A stretch of DNA of 62,935 nucleotides, the filler included, from a bacterium (lineage in GTDB: Bacteria; JALSQH01), in the NCBI GenBank assembly GCA_027004335.1. It is 11 parts of 11 records of this genome, joined end to end, with 100 filler letters (N's around TTAATTAATTAA, not from the genome) between each part and the next. Parts side by side here need not be neighbours in the genome. Positions count along the whole stretch, not along the records: positions 10,091 to 14,970 come from JALTID010000040.1; positions 15,071 to 19,943 come from JALTID010000041.1; positions 20,044 to 24,865 come from JALTID010000042.1; 8 more parts are not named here. One strand, written 5' to 3'. Position numbers and translations under genes: made by a program. Positions 12,500 to 22,615 of this stretch are shown here, in pieces. The notes below the pieces were generated by a model. The model had not been told where the DNA came from, did no database searches, and saw only the letters and a program-made list of their open reading frames with translations. Positions within the stretch are counted from its first letter, which is position 1, and each line of letters begins with the position of its first letter.

Positions 12500-14970
12500 T
12501 TAAAACACCAGATTAATCTTTCCATATATTATTCTTTCTAAATATTCAGCCTGATCTCTGGGAAACTCCTTATGAACATTGTTTAGCAGATTTTCGACAT
12601 AGATCCCAGCATTAAAATTTTTCCCAAAGGAGTATGTAAGATTCAGATTTATAAAATAATAGGCAGGTATCTCCTTATACACATCAGGCGATACCGTTAC
12701 ATACCCTGCTATTTCTCCTCCCGGCACTGTGGGATCAACTGCCGGTAACCTGTATGGGAGAAAATCATCATCAATGTATTCACCCTTATTGCTTTCATAA
12801 TGAAACTGAATTGATCCATTTAACTTCCTCAACTTTGTGAAAAAGACAAGATTAAATTTATGCTGTGGAAATCTGGGGTCCCTTCCTCTTTCATCCTGTA
12901 GTGTCTCAGGATCATCAAAGGTGTTGTAGATGGTCTGATAGGAATAATTTGCCCATATTTCTAACTGCGTAGTAAGATGATATTTGAGGAAGAACTCACC
13001 ACCATATTCGTATCCTTTTCCTAAGTTTATGAAACTCTTACCCTCTGATGTCGTTTGATATCTTATAAGGTCAGAATAGAGATTGTAAAATCCATCAATG
13101 GATAGATATAACTTCCCCTCTTTCAACCACTGATAGGTCATGTCAAACCCTGTAATCATTTCAGAATCAAGATTCTTATTTCCCTTCACATGAGCTTCCA
13201 CAGGTGATACTGCAAACTGTGGGGGCTCAAGTATATCTCCTCCTGGTGCAACAGCGACCAGTGTAGGAACATTAAAATCCATGTAAGATTCAATAAAAGT
13301 AGGATTCCTGAATGCCCTGCTCACAGATGCTCTTATGCTCTGAAAATCATTGATCCTGTAAACTAATGCTGCCCTAGGGCTTAAATGTTCACCCGTCAAA
13401 GGATGATGGTCAAACCTTGCAGCAAGATTCAGCACCCATTGTTTCTGGAGACCAAATTTCAACTCATCAAGGAAAAAGCCCTTAAAAAGAAACTGAGAAT
13501 ATTTTTCTCCTTTGAAAAATTGGGGGGCATCCACCATATTGAATCTAACACCACCACCAAAGCTCATTTTCTGTGAGGAAACGATAACTCTTTGTTTTAA
13601 CATCAAATCAAAAACATCATTTACAACATGACCATCCATAATAAGAGGATCAACAGCGAGGGAGTAATCATCATAAGGAGTAAGACCAGTAGTTATTGGC
13701 GCAAAATATGTTGCAGCGAGGCTATCAAGGTGGTTCCAGAATGTCACTACCTGGAAGAGCTTATAAGTGTACTCACCTTTAATAAACCCATTATTTCCCG
13801 CTATCCCATACTGACTCAGTTCCGTTAAGAGATTCCCTTTCATAAAAGCTAACCCACCCTGAATCTTTAAACTGGAATCCCCTGAAAAACTTTTTCCCCA
13901 TGTGAAGTTGCTGTAAAATTTTTCAAAACCTTTAGCTATCTTATCCTGAATCTCCTCTGGATTTTCAGTAAAAAGCTCTGGATTTGAAAGCATCCATGGA
14001 TGTTGATAATCACCTCTGTTATCCCACCCCAGCGAAACCCTGAGGAACTGCTTATTCCTTGAAAAAGCATATTGATAATTACCATAAGAAGTTCTGAAAC
14101 AGAGAGACTTTTTCTTAATATCCTTACACTCATCGGATTGGACAAACCCATCACCCAGATAGAGTCTTATCCCCTGCTCTTTTCTCGGATCCTTGGTAAT
14201 AATATTGATAACACCACTCCACGCATTTGCACCATAGAGAGCAGATACTGGACCTTTAACGATCTCAATTTTTTCAATATCAAAAACAGAATAAGGTAGA
14301 GCAGAAAAATCTGAGAAACCAAAAAAATCAAAATACACAGATCTTCCATCTATCATCGTGAGTAGTTTGTTTGTTACTTCTCTATTGAAGCCCCTGACAC
14401 CTATCTGAATATCCGAAGGAGTGAAATTTATAGCATCTATTCCAGGAAGAAATTCAAAAATTGAACTTAGCTTCACCCCACCAAGCAGGTTAATGTAATC
14501 GGAGTTAATTGACACAATGGATGCAGGGGACTCAAGAATACTCTGAGCAAATGAAGAAGCTGTATAAACCACATTTTCAGCCTGAAGTAGCGTCATCTCC
14601 TCTTCAAAAGGAGAAAATTCCTTTTTTTCTACCGACGGAGCAATCCTCCTGCCGCTTTTGCTTATCTTAATCATAAGAGGATTATTGTAATTCCCTTTCA
14701 CAGGATAGGAATTCCCCTGTGGATCCAGAGCTTCAATATAAAAAAACATCTCAGGGCTTCTTACCTCATACCCTGGAATTGAAATTGTATAATGGCCCAC
14801 TTCCCCTTTGCTAAAAGTAATAGATTTATATGAGGTTGTACTTTTGCTTCTGTAATAAAAAATAAAATCAAGACTTACTGGACCAGAATATACCAATGAA
14901 ATTTCCAGAGAAGAACCTTCGGTCCCACTTTTGGGTATATTAACTTTAACATAGTCTGAAACATTAAAAG
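12500..14970 (-). CDS. TonB-dependent receptor with extra N-terminal domain, 5'-truncated; paralog of the downstream receptor
   Basis: Frame open to the contig edge. IEKIEIVKGPVSALYGANAWSGVINIIT, SPRAALVY, AFRNPTF, VENLLN and a terminal Phe (KINLVF). Confidence 0.9.
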
Positions 14971-15070
14971 NNNNNNNNNNNNNNNNNNNNNNNNNNNNNN
15001 NNNNNNNNNNNNNNTTAATTAATTAANNNNNNNNNNNNNNNNNNNNNNNNNNNNNNNNNNNNNNNNNNNN
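14971..15070. other. Artificial contig linker
   Basis: N44-TTAATTAATTAA-N44. Confidence 0.99.
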
Positions 15071-15071
15071 T

Positions 15072-15434
15072 GTTACGGCAAAGGATCTTGGTACAGGAAA
15101 ATTCCAAACTATAAAGGTTGCAGCCGGGAGTGGTCTGAATGAAGAAGAAATTCAGAGGATAATTGAAGAAGCGGAAAAGTATAAAGAAGAGGATAAGAAG
15201 AGGAAGGCTTTAATAGACTTAAGAAACAATGCTCAGAGTCTAATTTATACCACCAGAAGGACGATAGAAGAGTATGGGGATATTGTCCCCGCTGAAGAAA
15301 AGGAACTAATTGAAATGACGATTAAATCCCTTGAAGAAGCTGTTGAGGATAGTAATGAAGAGATGATAAAAGCTTATTTTAAGAAGCTTGAAGAAACGGC
15401 ACACAAAATTGCCGAGATTATTTACAGCAAGTAG
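15072..15434 (+). CDS. dnaK: Chaperone DnaK, C-terminal fragment
   Basis: Own translation: VTAKDLGTGK...SGLNEEEIQRIIEEAEKYKEEDKKRK...RNNAQSLIY...IIYSK*; directly upstream of dnaJ. Confidence 0.9.
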   Translation, partial: VTAKDLGTGKFQTIKVAAGSGLNEEEIQRIIEEAEKYKEEDKKRKALIDLRNNAQSLIYTTRRTIEEYGDIVPAEEKELIEMTIKSLEEAVEDSNEEMIKAYFKKLEETAHKIAEIIYSK

Positions 15435-15478
15435 AATTGGAGTCATAGAATCACAATTGAGCTATCCTGGAGAGGAAG

Positions 15479-16564
15479 ATGAAGGATTATTATGAAATCC
15501 TTGGTGTGAATAGAAATGCATCTGATGAAGAGATAAAAAAGGCTTATAGAAGACTTGCTCTCAAATATCATCCAGATAGAAATCCTGGTGATCCTGCAGC
15601 AGAGGAGAGATTTAAAGAAATAGCGGAAGCCTATGCTGTTCTCAGTGATCCTCAGAAGAGAGCTGAATATGATAGGTATGGAAGTGTTGGCAGTGGGGAT
15701 TTTGAATTTTCCGGCCCCTTTGGTGATTTTTTTGAAGATATTTTTTCTTCTTTTTTCGGTGGTGGCAGGAGGAGAAGGAGCCGCGGAAAAAGAGGAGCAG
15801 ATCTGAGATATGATCTTAAGATAACTTTTGAGGAAGCCGTTTTTGGGACAAGAAAGTCCCTTGTTTTTAAGAGGAAAAAGGTATGTGACAGGTGTGGTGG
15901 CACAGGGGTGGAGCCTGGTTATAGCAAAGAGAGATGTCCTGTGTGCGGAGGAAGAGGTGAGGTGTACTATACGAGAGGTTTTTTCACCATTTCCCAGACC
16001 TGTCCCCGGTGTCACGGTACCGGATATATTATTACCCACCCCTGTGAAAAATGTCACGGTAAAGGTTATGTAATGGATGAGATTAAAATTGATGTGGATA
16101 TTCCTGCAGGTGTGGATAATGGTGCAAGATTACGGGTTGCAGGTGAGGGGGAACCAGGTGAAAATGGTGGTCCCCCCGGTGACCTATATGTTTTTATTTC
16201 AGTTGAAGAGCATCCTTTTTTTAAGAGGGAAGGTGATGACCTTATCTGCAGAGTTCCTGTAAGTTTTCCCCAGGCTGCACTTGGAGATATTATTGAAATT
16301 CCTACTCCATATGGTGTGGAAAAGGTGAAAATCCCCCCGGGGACGCAGTCTGCTACAGTATTTAAAATAAGGGGCAGGGGAGTAAAGAATCTTTCCACGG
16401 GAAGGACGGGCGATCTTCTTGTGGAAATTTATATTGAAGTTCCAAAGAAACTGAATGAAGAACAGAAAGAACTTCTCAGGGAATTTGAGAGATTGACCGG
16501 TTCAAAACATAAGGAAAGAGAGAAGTTCTGGGAAAGAATCAGAAGTCTTTTTGCCCGTAATTAA
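15479..16564 (+). CDS. dnaJ: Chaperone DnaJ
   Basis: J domain with HPD, G/F-rich region, four CxxCxGxG repeats, PPGDLYV. Confidence 0.98.
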   Translation: MKDYYEILGVNRNASDEEIKKAYRRLALKYHPDRNPGDPAAEERFKEIAEAYAVLSDPQKRAEYDRYGSVGSGDFEFSGPFGDFFEDIFSSFFGGGRRRRSRGKRGADLRYDLKITFEEAVFGTRKSLVFKRKKVCDRCGGTGVEPGYSKERCPVCGGRGEVYYTRGFFTISQTCPRCHGTGYIITHPCEKCHGKGYVMDEIKIDVDIPAGVDNGARLRVAGEGEPGENGGPPGDLYVFISVEEHPFFKREGDDLICRVPVSFPQAALGDIIEIPTPYGVEKVKIPPGTQSATVFKIRGRGVKNLSTGRTGDLLVEIYIEVPKKLNEEQKELLREFERLTGSKHKEREKFWERIRSLFARN

Positions 16565-16569
16565 TTCTG

Positions 16570-18009
16570 TTAGAATGAATACCTGATTCCTATGGAGAAG
16601 AAGTCATTTTTCCTGAACTGGTAGAGGAGAGAGTCTTCTTCTGCGTCAATTATATTTACCGAAGAGAAGAGTGTTAAGTTATCTGAATACTGGTAATCAG
16701 CCCTTAGAGTCATTAAGAGCTGATACTGTGTTAGCACATAGATGATTCTACTCTGGAGGGTCAGCGTATCGTGGAAATATGATCCTCTCAATAATAATAC
16801 ACTAAATAAATTATCCTTTTTGAACAGGTAGGTGGGTTGATCCACAAAAAAGTGAGCCCAGATTATTATGAGATTGCCATAGATATTCCATGGAAAGTCG
16901 TAATCTGCTCCGAAATTCCATGTAAGAAGGGGTTCTCTAAGCAATTCAAGGTGGGTAGAGTATATTGATGCATTGGTACGAATTGCGGCCTCGCTTCGGA
17001 TCCCCACCCCCTTCCATGAAGTGCTTATTCCACCGCCACCCACAAAGGTTTTCTCTGGCTTGATTGTCATCAATGGAAAAAATGAAATTTGCTCCAGCGG
17101 GGAAAGATTATTGATAGCTTCCATTGGGTTAGAAGTACTTTTGAGGTATTCTATTAGATCATTGTTAAATTCTGGAAAAGGTGTTTTGTCCCATCCATAA
17201 TAGCCCCCTGCCTGATAATCAAACCCCTCTCCATAACTTTTGAGCAGTGCTCCTACTTCTCCATTGAATGGAGAATCGGGAGGAAAATCAGTTACATAGG
17301 GTTCCACTCCTCCTTCTTGGATGTCGATCCCATACTCTTTTTTGTATTCTTCTGCTATTTTGTAATAGGAATCTCTGGGAAGAATTGACCAGTCTGAATC
17401 AATGAGGACCATATGTGACATCTGGTAAAATGGGGTGTAAATTCCTTCAATGGTGGTTTTCTCCGAGGGATAATAGTCGACCTTTACCATAAGCAGAGGT
17501 ATTTTCAGGAATTCTTCCTCCTCAAATGTAAATTCTTCCATTTCTGATGGATTCACAACATCAAGGGGGCTCAGATCAGAAATCCCCCAGGAGATTATTT
17601 GATTTCCAATAGTAATTGTCCATTTGCTGAAATCTTTTGAGAAATATATCTCATATGGATCAAAGCTGTTCTTATAATAATCCTCCTTTTCTGAATGAAG
17701 ATATTTAAATTTCTCCAGTACAGAGGCTTTGAAGCTGAATCCACCTTTTATATTTCCTGAAAAAGATAGTAGAAGCTTATTGTACCATTCGCTCCAGAAT
17801 TCATATGGTGAATCTTTTTTGAGATCAATGTCGCTTTTGGACCAGAGAGTTGCCATGAATTTCACCGAGGGTTTATTTTCCCCTGCAAAGATATTGAGTC
17901 CAAAACCATCATCTCCTCTCAATGAAGAAAAAGATAAAAAAACAAATAAGATCAGAAGGAGAAGTAGCTTAAATTTCTTTTTCCAGATATCTCTGGGTAA
18001 AATATGCAT
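16570..18009 (-). CDS. Putative outer-membrane beta-barrel protein (DUF1302-like)
   Basis: Signal peptide, GNQIISWG and DVVNP motifs, alternating beta strands, C-terminal IGIRYSF. True start is uncertain. Confidence 0.65.
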   Translation of the reverse strand: MHILPRDIWKKKFKLLLLLILFVFLSFSSLRGDDGFGLNIFAGENKPSVKFMATLWSKSDIDLKKDSPYEFWSEWYNKLLLSFSGNIKGGFSFKASVLEKFKYLHSEKEDYYKNSFDPYEIYFSKDFSKWTITIGNQIISWGISDLSPLDVVNPSEMEEFTFEEEEFLKIPLLMVKVDYYPSEKTTIEGIYTPFYQMSHMVLIDSDWSILPRDSYYKIAEEYKKEYGIDIQEGGVEPYVTDFPPDSPFNGEVGALLKSYGEGFDYQAGGYYGWDKTPFPEFNNDLIEYLKSTSNPMEAINNLSPLEQISFFPLMTIKPEKTFVGGGGISTSWKGVGIRSEAAIRTNASIYSTHLELLREPLLTWNFGADYDFPWNIYGNLIIIWAHFFVDQPTYLFKKDNLFSVLLLRGSYFHDTLTLQSRIIYVLTQYQLLMTLRADYQYSDNLTLFSSVNIIDAEEDSLLYQFRKNDFFSIGIRYSF

Positions 18010-18739
18010 CTGGTATTTTAGTATCCAGTTTTATTTTTTCTATAGTCAGGATTGTCTTGTGGCTGGTTTTAAGGTTTTCCATCGTACTTTCTTTCATTAT
18101 CCAATAGTTCTTTACTTTTTCCAATTTCGTAACAGTTAATCTTTTTATTTTTCTGCCTTTTTTATCAAACATAATTGCTTTAATGGGCACATAATTATCT
18201 TCCCTGACCCATTCAATGACTTTGCTGTACTGATAATCCACCCCGGGTTTTGGTACTGATTCTACGACAAAGCATTTATACTGGCTGCATTGTTCTTCAC
18301 GGAGAAGCTTATGGGTGGCTTTTTTAACTTTCACCCCCTCCATATCCTGGTACGAAAAGTCAGTTCCAAGAAAGCTCTGATTTTTCTGGTTTGAACTTAT
18401 TCTCCTTGTTTTTTTAAGTGCGGGGAGGTAGAGAAACTGGTCGGTTTCTTTATCGCTGTTTTTGTAGTCCCATATTAAAAATCCTGTTCCTCTGATATCC
18501 TGGGGTGTGAGAAACTTCATCAGAGTTTTGGTCATCTTTTTGTTTTCTTTGATGTAGGTTATCACCTTTCTCACTCTTTTAGTTCCGCTTTTGCTGACTA
18601 ACTCCATTTTCATCAATGCAATTGTACTCTTTGGTTTTGGCTGGTGATCAACCTTTTCTATGATTTCCTCCCCCGTGATCCCCCATAGAGATGTCCCCAC
18701 GAAAGAGAAANNNNNNNNNNAAATTATCACTCTGCGCAT
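17969..18739 (-). CDS. Outer-membrane lipoprotein-sorting protein (LolA-like, TP0789 type)
   Basis: PQDIRGTGFL, DQFLYLPALKKTRRI, SFLGTDFSYQD, FTQRYL motifs. A 10-N gap at 18711-18720 falls in the signal peptide. Confidence 0.85.
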   Translation of the reverse strand: MRRVIIXXXXFSFVGTSLWGITGEEIIEKVDHQPKPKSTIALMKMELVSKSGTKRVRKVITYIKENKKMTKTLMKFLTPQDIRGTGFLIWDYKNSDKETDQFLYLPALKKTRRISSNQKNQSFLGTDFSYQDMEGVKVKKATHKLLREEQCSQYKCFVVESVPKPGVDYQYSKVIEWVREDNYVPIKAIMFDKKGRKIKRLTVTKLEKVKNYWIMKESTMENLKTSHKTILTIEKIKLDTKIPDAYFTQRYLEKEI

Positions 18740-18799
18740 TTTTCCCTCCTTCTCACAATTTTTTAAATTATATATCTAAATGGGGAAAAGGCAAAAAAT

Positions 18800-19943
18800 T
18801 CAGTGCTTCTTCAACCATCTATAAGTTGTTTCAAAAACCTTTACCGCATTTTTACCCATGAGGATATCCACATGACCCGCTTTGGGAAAAACCACATATT
18901 TTTTGTCCCTTACGGGAATTATTTTGTAAATTTTATCTTTGATATTTTTCCTGCTTACGAGTTTGTCTTTTCCTCCAACTAGCAGAAGTGTTGGAACTGT
19001 TATCCTTTTTAATCCTGAGAAATAATCGCAGGGCTTGCATCCCTTGTAATCGCAAAGCTCCTGAAAAGTGTCATTTCTCAACCACATATGCCACTGATGG
19101 AGAAGCCTTGGTGAGAAATTATCAAGACCATGTTCAATGATATAATAGATGTCCTTTTTAGTTGTATTTTTTGTATTCCAGATCATATTTAAAATAAAGT
19201 CCAGTGGCCCTACTCCCAGATGTTTTTTCACAAAATGTACAAATTCTCCAAGATCTCCAGGAAATTTTTCTCCGAGATATTTGTAAATAATTGGACTTAG
19301 AATATTTAGCAGGAGATGTGCTGTGAAGTTATTTGCCCACACTGGAGGAGTTATATGGAGTTTATCAACTATAGTCTCATTATGGGTCAAAATGAAAATA
19401 CCCCCCTTTATTTTTTCCCACGGATAGGATGCAGCAATTTGCAGAAGAAGGTCATAATCGTAGTAGTTGTATTTGAGTAATCCTTTAAGGCCTTTCCCTT
19501 TTAGGGAAACAGGGAAACTCAGTCCTGCCGGGCTTGATACAGCAACGAAGCCTCTTATCTGAGCATTGTGTTCTTTTGCAACTTTGGAGGATGAGAACAT
19601 TTTCAAAACCTTCCCCGCGGGAGTTGAAACAAGTTTTCCATATGCTCCCCCTAAATAGGCATACATCATGGTTCCACCCATTGAGTGGCCCGCCCAGAAA
19701 GGCTTTTTCCCTGTAACCTTCGTTACGGTTTTTATCATTGCAGGTATATCGTAGACTAAGAAAGTATCAAAATCCCAGTTACCAGGTCCTCTGTTAGGCC
19801 CACTCTGATACTCTCCTTCTCCATGTCCCCTGAGATTTGTGACCCAGACATCGTAACCTCTATCAGCTAAATATTTTGCGAAACTTCTCCCGGGAAAATC
19901 CCATGTAACAAAATTTACAGCGAAGCCGTGCTGTAAAATAACA
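18800..19943 (-). CDS. Alpha/beta hydrolase, acid-lipase-like, 5'-truncated
   Basis: Frame open to the contig edge: ILQHGF, LADRGYDVWVTNLRGHG, WDFDTFLVYDIPAMI, nucleophile GHSMGG, acid GKDKL, histidine GHVD. Confidence 0.85.
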
Positions 19944-20043
19944 NNNNNNNNNNNNNNNNNNNNNNNNNNNNNNNNNNNNNNNNNNNNTTAATTAATTAAN
20001 NNNNNNNNNNNNNNNNNNNNNNNNNNNNNNNNNNNNNNNNNNN
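19944..20043. other. Artificial contig linker
   Basis: N44-TTAATTAATTAA-N44. Confidence 0.99.
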
Positions 20044-21438
20044 CATTCTCAAAAGTCCATTCACAGTGAAAAGCTTGTAAAAATTCTGTTTGCTATCGGC
20101 AAATATACTTATTTCAGCTTCTGGTAAATAGATTGTAATTTGATTTGTTTTGTTAAATCTGATATAGGGAGGTTTTAGTGTTCTGAGAGTTATACGGAGG
20201 TAGCTATTGGGGAAGTAGTTGTAGAAATCGTTCATTCCAAGCAAACTAAAAGATTTTGTAGTCATATAATCTTTATATTTGTCTGGAACATTTGTTATCT
20301 GAGATGTATCCAGTGAAAAATTAAAAAATCCTTCATTATAGAGGCTTAAAATAAGCTGGTTGAGAAAGTCGTCACTTATAGAAAACGCCGTCATGTATGA
20401 AGAGTTATCAGGTAGTGTAGCTGGAAAGTAGGGAGGATCCTCCCCATAGCATCCGTCGTTTTCCAGAATTGTCCTGTAAAACCACTGCTGGGGGAACTGG
20501 ACCGATGAGGAAACATAGTCACTGTAAAGTGCCCCTCTACCATTTATTACTACTGAAGGGGGGTCACTAAAAACCTCCAGCCCGAAATGAAGGTTGTTCT
20601 TGAAATGCGCTCCCAGGAAATCGTTGGCAGTTATCAATATTTCATTGAGGTTTAAGAGTGTATCAGGGACTCCATCTCCATTTTTGTCAAAAAGAAGAAT
20701 ATCCAGCGTATCTTTAATTGCACCTGCAAGTGCTTTATCTATATTTTTTTCAAAAAACTCTTTTACAGCCTGTGTTAAATAGTCGTTAAAAGCTTTCTCC
20801 ACCTTATGTTGGAGATTATTGGGCATACCGGGAATTTCCGGGAGCTGCACATATGGGACATAGAGATAAAGAAGTTCTGCTTCGTAATCTTTGGAATCAA
20901 CACTGAGGCTGTCATTTGCCGTAATTATGTGAAAAACTCCTGCGATCCTTAAATCTGCCTGCACAGTGACTTTGTCTATGGTAAAAAATTGATGTTCAAT
21001 CTTTAGATCAATTTCAGGGTGATTCCCCTCTGCATCTGCTGTAACGGTGAGTACTGGATACATCTCGTCACTTTCAGCATTCTTGTTTAAGAATGGTGGA
21101 GGTGTGGTAAAAAGTGCGAATTCTGTTTTATTATATCTCACTCCATCATATGAGTCGTCTCCAGCCCCCAGAATGGTAAATGTCAATGTTCCACCGATCA
21201 TAGGCATGTATGTTTGAAAGGTCAATCCCTCTAAGGCGTCAACAATTTTCTTTTTTAAGCCGCTACTTTCCAGCCCATAATTTATCTGTTCCGCGAGGTA
21301 ATCAATCCCGCTTTTGGTTATTAAAAATTGCATAGGATATTCAAGAGGATAACCTAATGGTACTTTCTCAACCTGAGTCTCTGCCCCCAGTGAAAAAGAA
21401 AAGAAAAAGTATAGAATAAAAAATATTTTTTTCAACAT
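20044..21438 (-). CDS. Secreted hypothetical protein with BPI/LBP (TULIP)-like motifs, 3'-truncated
   Basis: Signal peptide; LITKSGIDYL; MTAFSISDDFLNQLILSLYNEGFF; PPYIRF; Ca-binding-like loop DKNGDGVPD. The CDS is well supported; the fold call is inference. Confidence 0.55.
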
Positions 21439-21441
21439 CTC

Positions 21442-21491
21442 TTGTTCGTTTTCCTATTTATAAATATAATTTATTCTTGTGATTATGTCAA
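21442..21491. promoter_or_regulatory. Overlapping divergent sigma70 promoters
   Basis: Plus: TTGTTC (21442-47), 17 nt, TATAAT (21465-70). Minus: TTGACA (21491-86), 17 nt, TATATT (21468-63). Confidence 0.55.
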
Positions 21492-22615
21492 TAAAGAAAA
21501 CTTTTTCTATGGTTTCAACTCTTCCGCCGATTACGGGAATTTCTCCATACACAGTTAACCTCCTTTCTGCTCTTGATAAGCTTACAACAGGTGAAATTTT
21601 TGCGTTTAGAAAAATTTATCCCGAGTTCCTCTATCCTGGTGAACTTTATGATCTAACCATGAAAATTCCTGAGTGGAAGAATATTGAGCATTGTTCTGTT
21701 ATTGACTGGTATGATCCTCTCTCATGGGTGAAGCCTGTTAGATTAATGAATTCTCCTCTCCTGCATCTTCAATGGTGGAGTCCTCCCACAGGACCGATTT
21801 ACTATTTTATGATGAAAATCGCCCGCAATCGGAAAAAGAAGATTATTCTAACTGTTCATAACATTCTTCCACATGAGAGTAATATTTTTTTTAAGCTGCT
21901 CTGGGATAGAATACTAAAACTGGCAGATGGGTATATCGTTCATGCTTCGGTAAATAAAGAAGAATTGATTAATCTTTATCCGTTTACTGAAGATAAACCT
22001 GTGTGGGTAATTCCTCATGGTGTAAAGAAAATGAAAAAGATTTCTTCCCATAAAGCAAGAAATATTTTAAAGATACCTGAAGACAAAATAGTTTTCTTGT
22101 TTTTTGGAACAATAAGAGAGTATAAAGGGCTTGATATTTTACTTAGGGCTTTTGCAGATGTAAAGGGTAAAGCTTTTCTGGTAATAGCCGGGAAACCATG
22201 GGTGGATTTTTCTCCATACAACAGGATCATAGAAGAAAAAAATCTTTCTGGCAGTGTAAAGCTTGATTTGAGACTTATCCCCGAAGAGGATGTAAAATAT
22301 TTTTTCTCAGCGGCTGATGCTGTGGTATTGCCGTACAGATACTTTTCTTCCCAGAGTGGTGTTGGTTCCTATGCACTGGGATTTAGCGTTCCTATAATTG
22401 TAAGTAACAGAGAAGGCTTGAAGGATTTTGCTTATGAAGAAGCTGTCTTTGAAGGGGATGAAAAATCGCTATCATTACTGTTGAAGAGATTTATTGAGGA
22501 CAATAACTTCCGGAAATCGCTTTTAAAGGATGCAGAAATGAAAAGGGAAAAGTTCAGTTATAATGAAGCTGCTGTAAAAACCCTTGATGTTTACAATGAA
22601 ATAATTAAGACTTAG
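21479..22615 (+). CDS. Glycosyltransferase family 4
   Basis: LHLQWW, TVHNILPHE, VIPHG, FFGTIREYKGLD, AADAVVLPY, SQSGV motifs. Confidence 0.88.
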   Translation: MIMSIKKTFSMVSTLPPITGISPYTVNLLSALDKLTTGEIFAFRKIYPEFLYPGELYDLTMKIPEWKNIEHCSVIDWYDPLSWVKPVRLMNSPLLHLQWWSPPTGPIYYFMMKIARNRKKKIILTVHNILPHESNIFFKLLWDRILKLADGYIVHASVNKEELINLYPFTEDKPVWVIPHGVKKMKKISSHKARNILKIPEDKIVFLFFGTIREYKGLDILLRAFADVKGKAFLVIAGKPWVDFSPYNRIIEEKNLSGSVKLDLRLIPEEDVKYFFSAADAVVLPYRYFSSQSGVGSYALGFSVPIIVSNREGLKDFAYEEAVFEGDEKSLSLLLKRFIEDNNFRKSLLKDAEMKREKFSYNEAAVKTLDVYNEIIKT

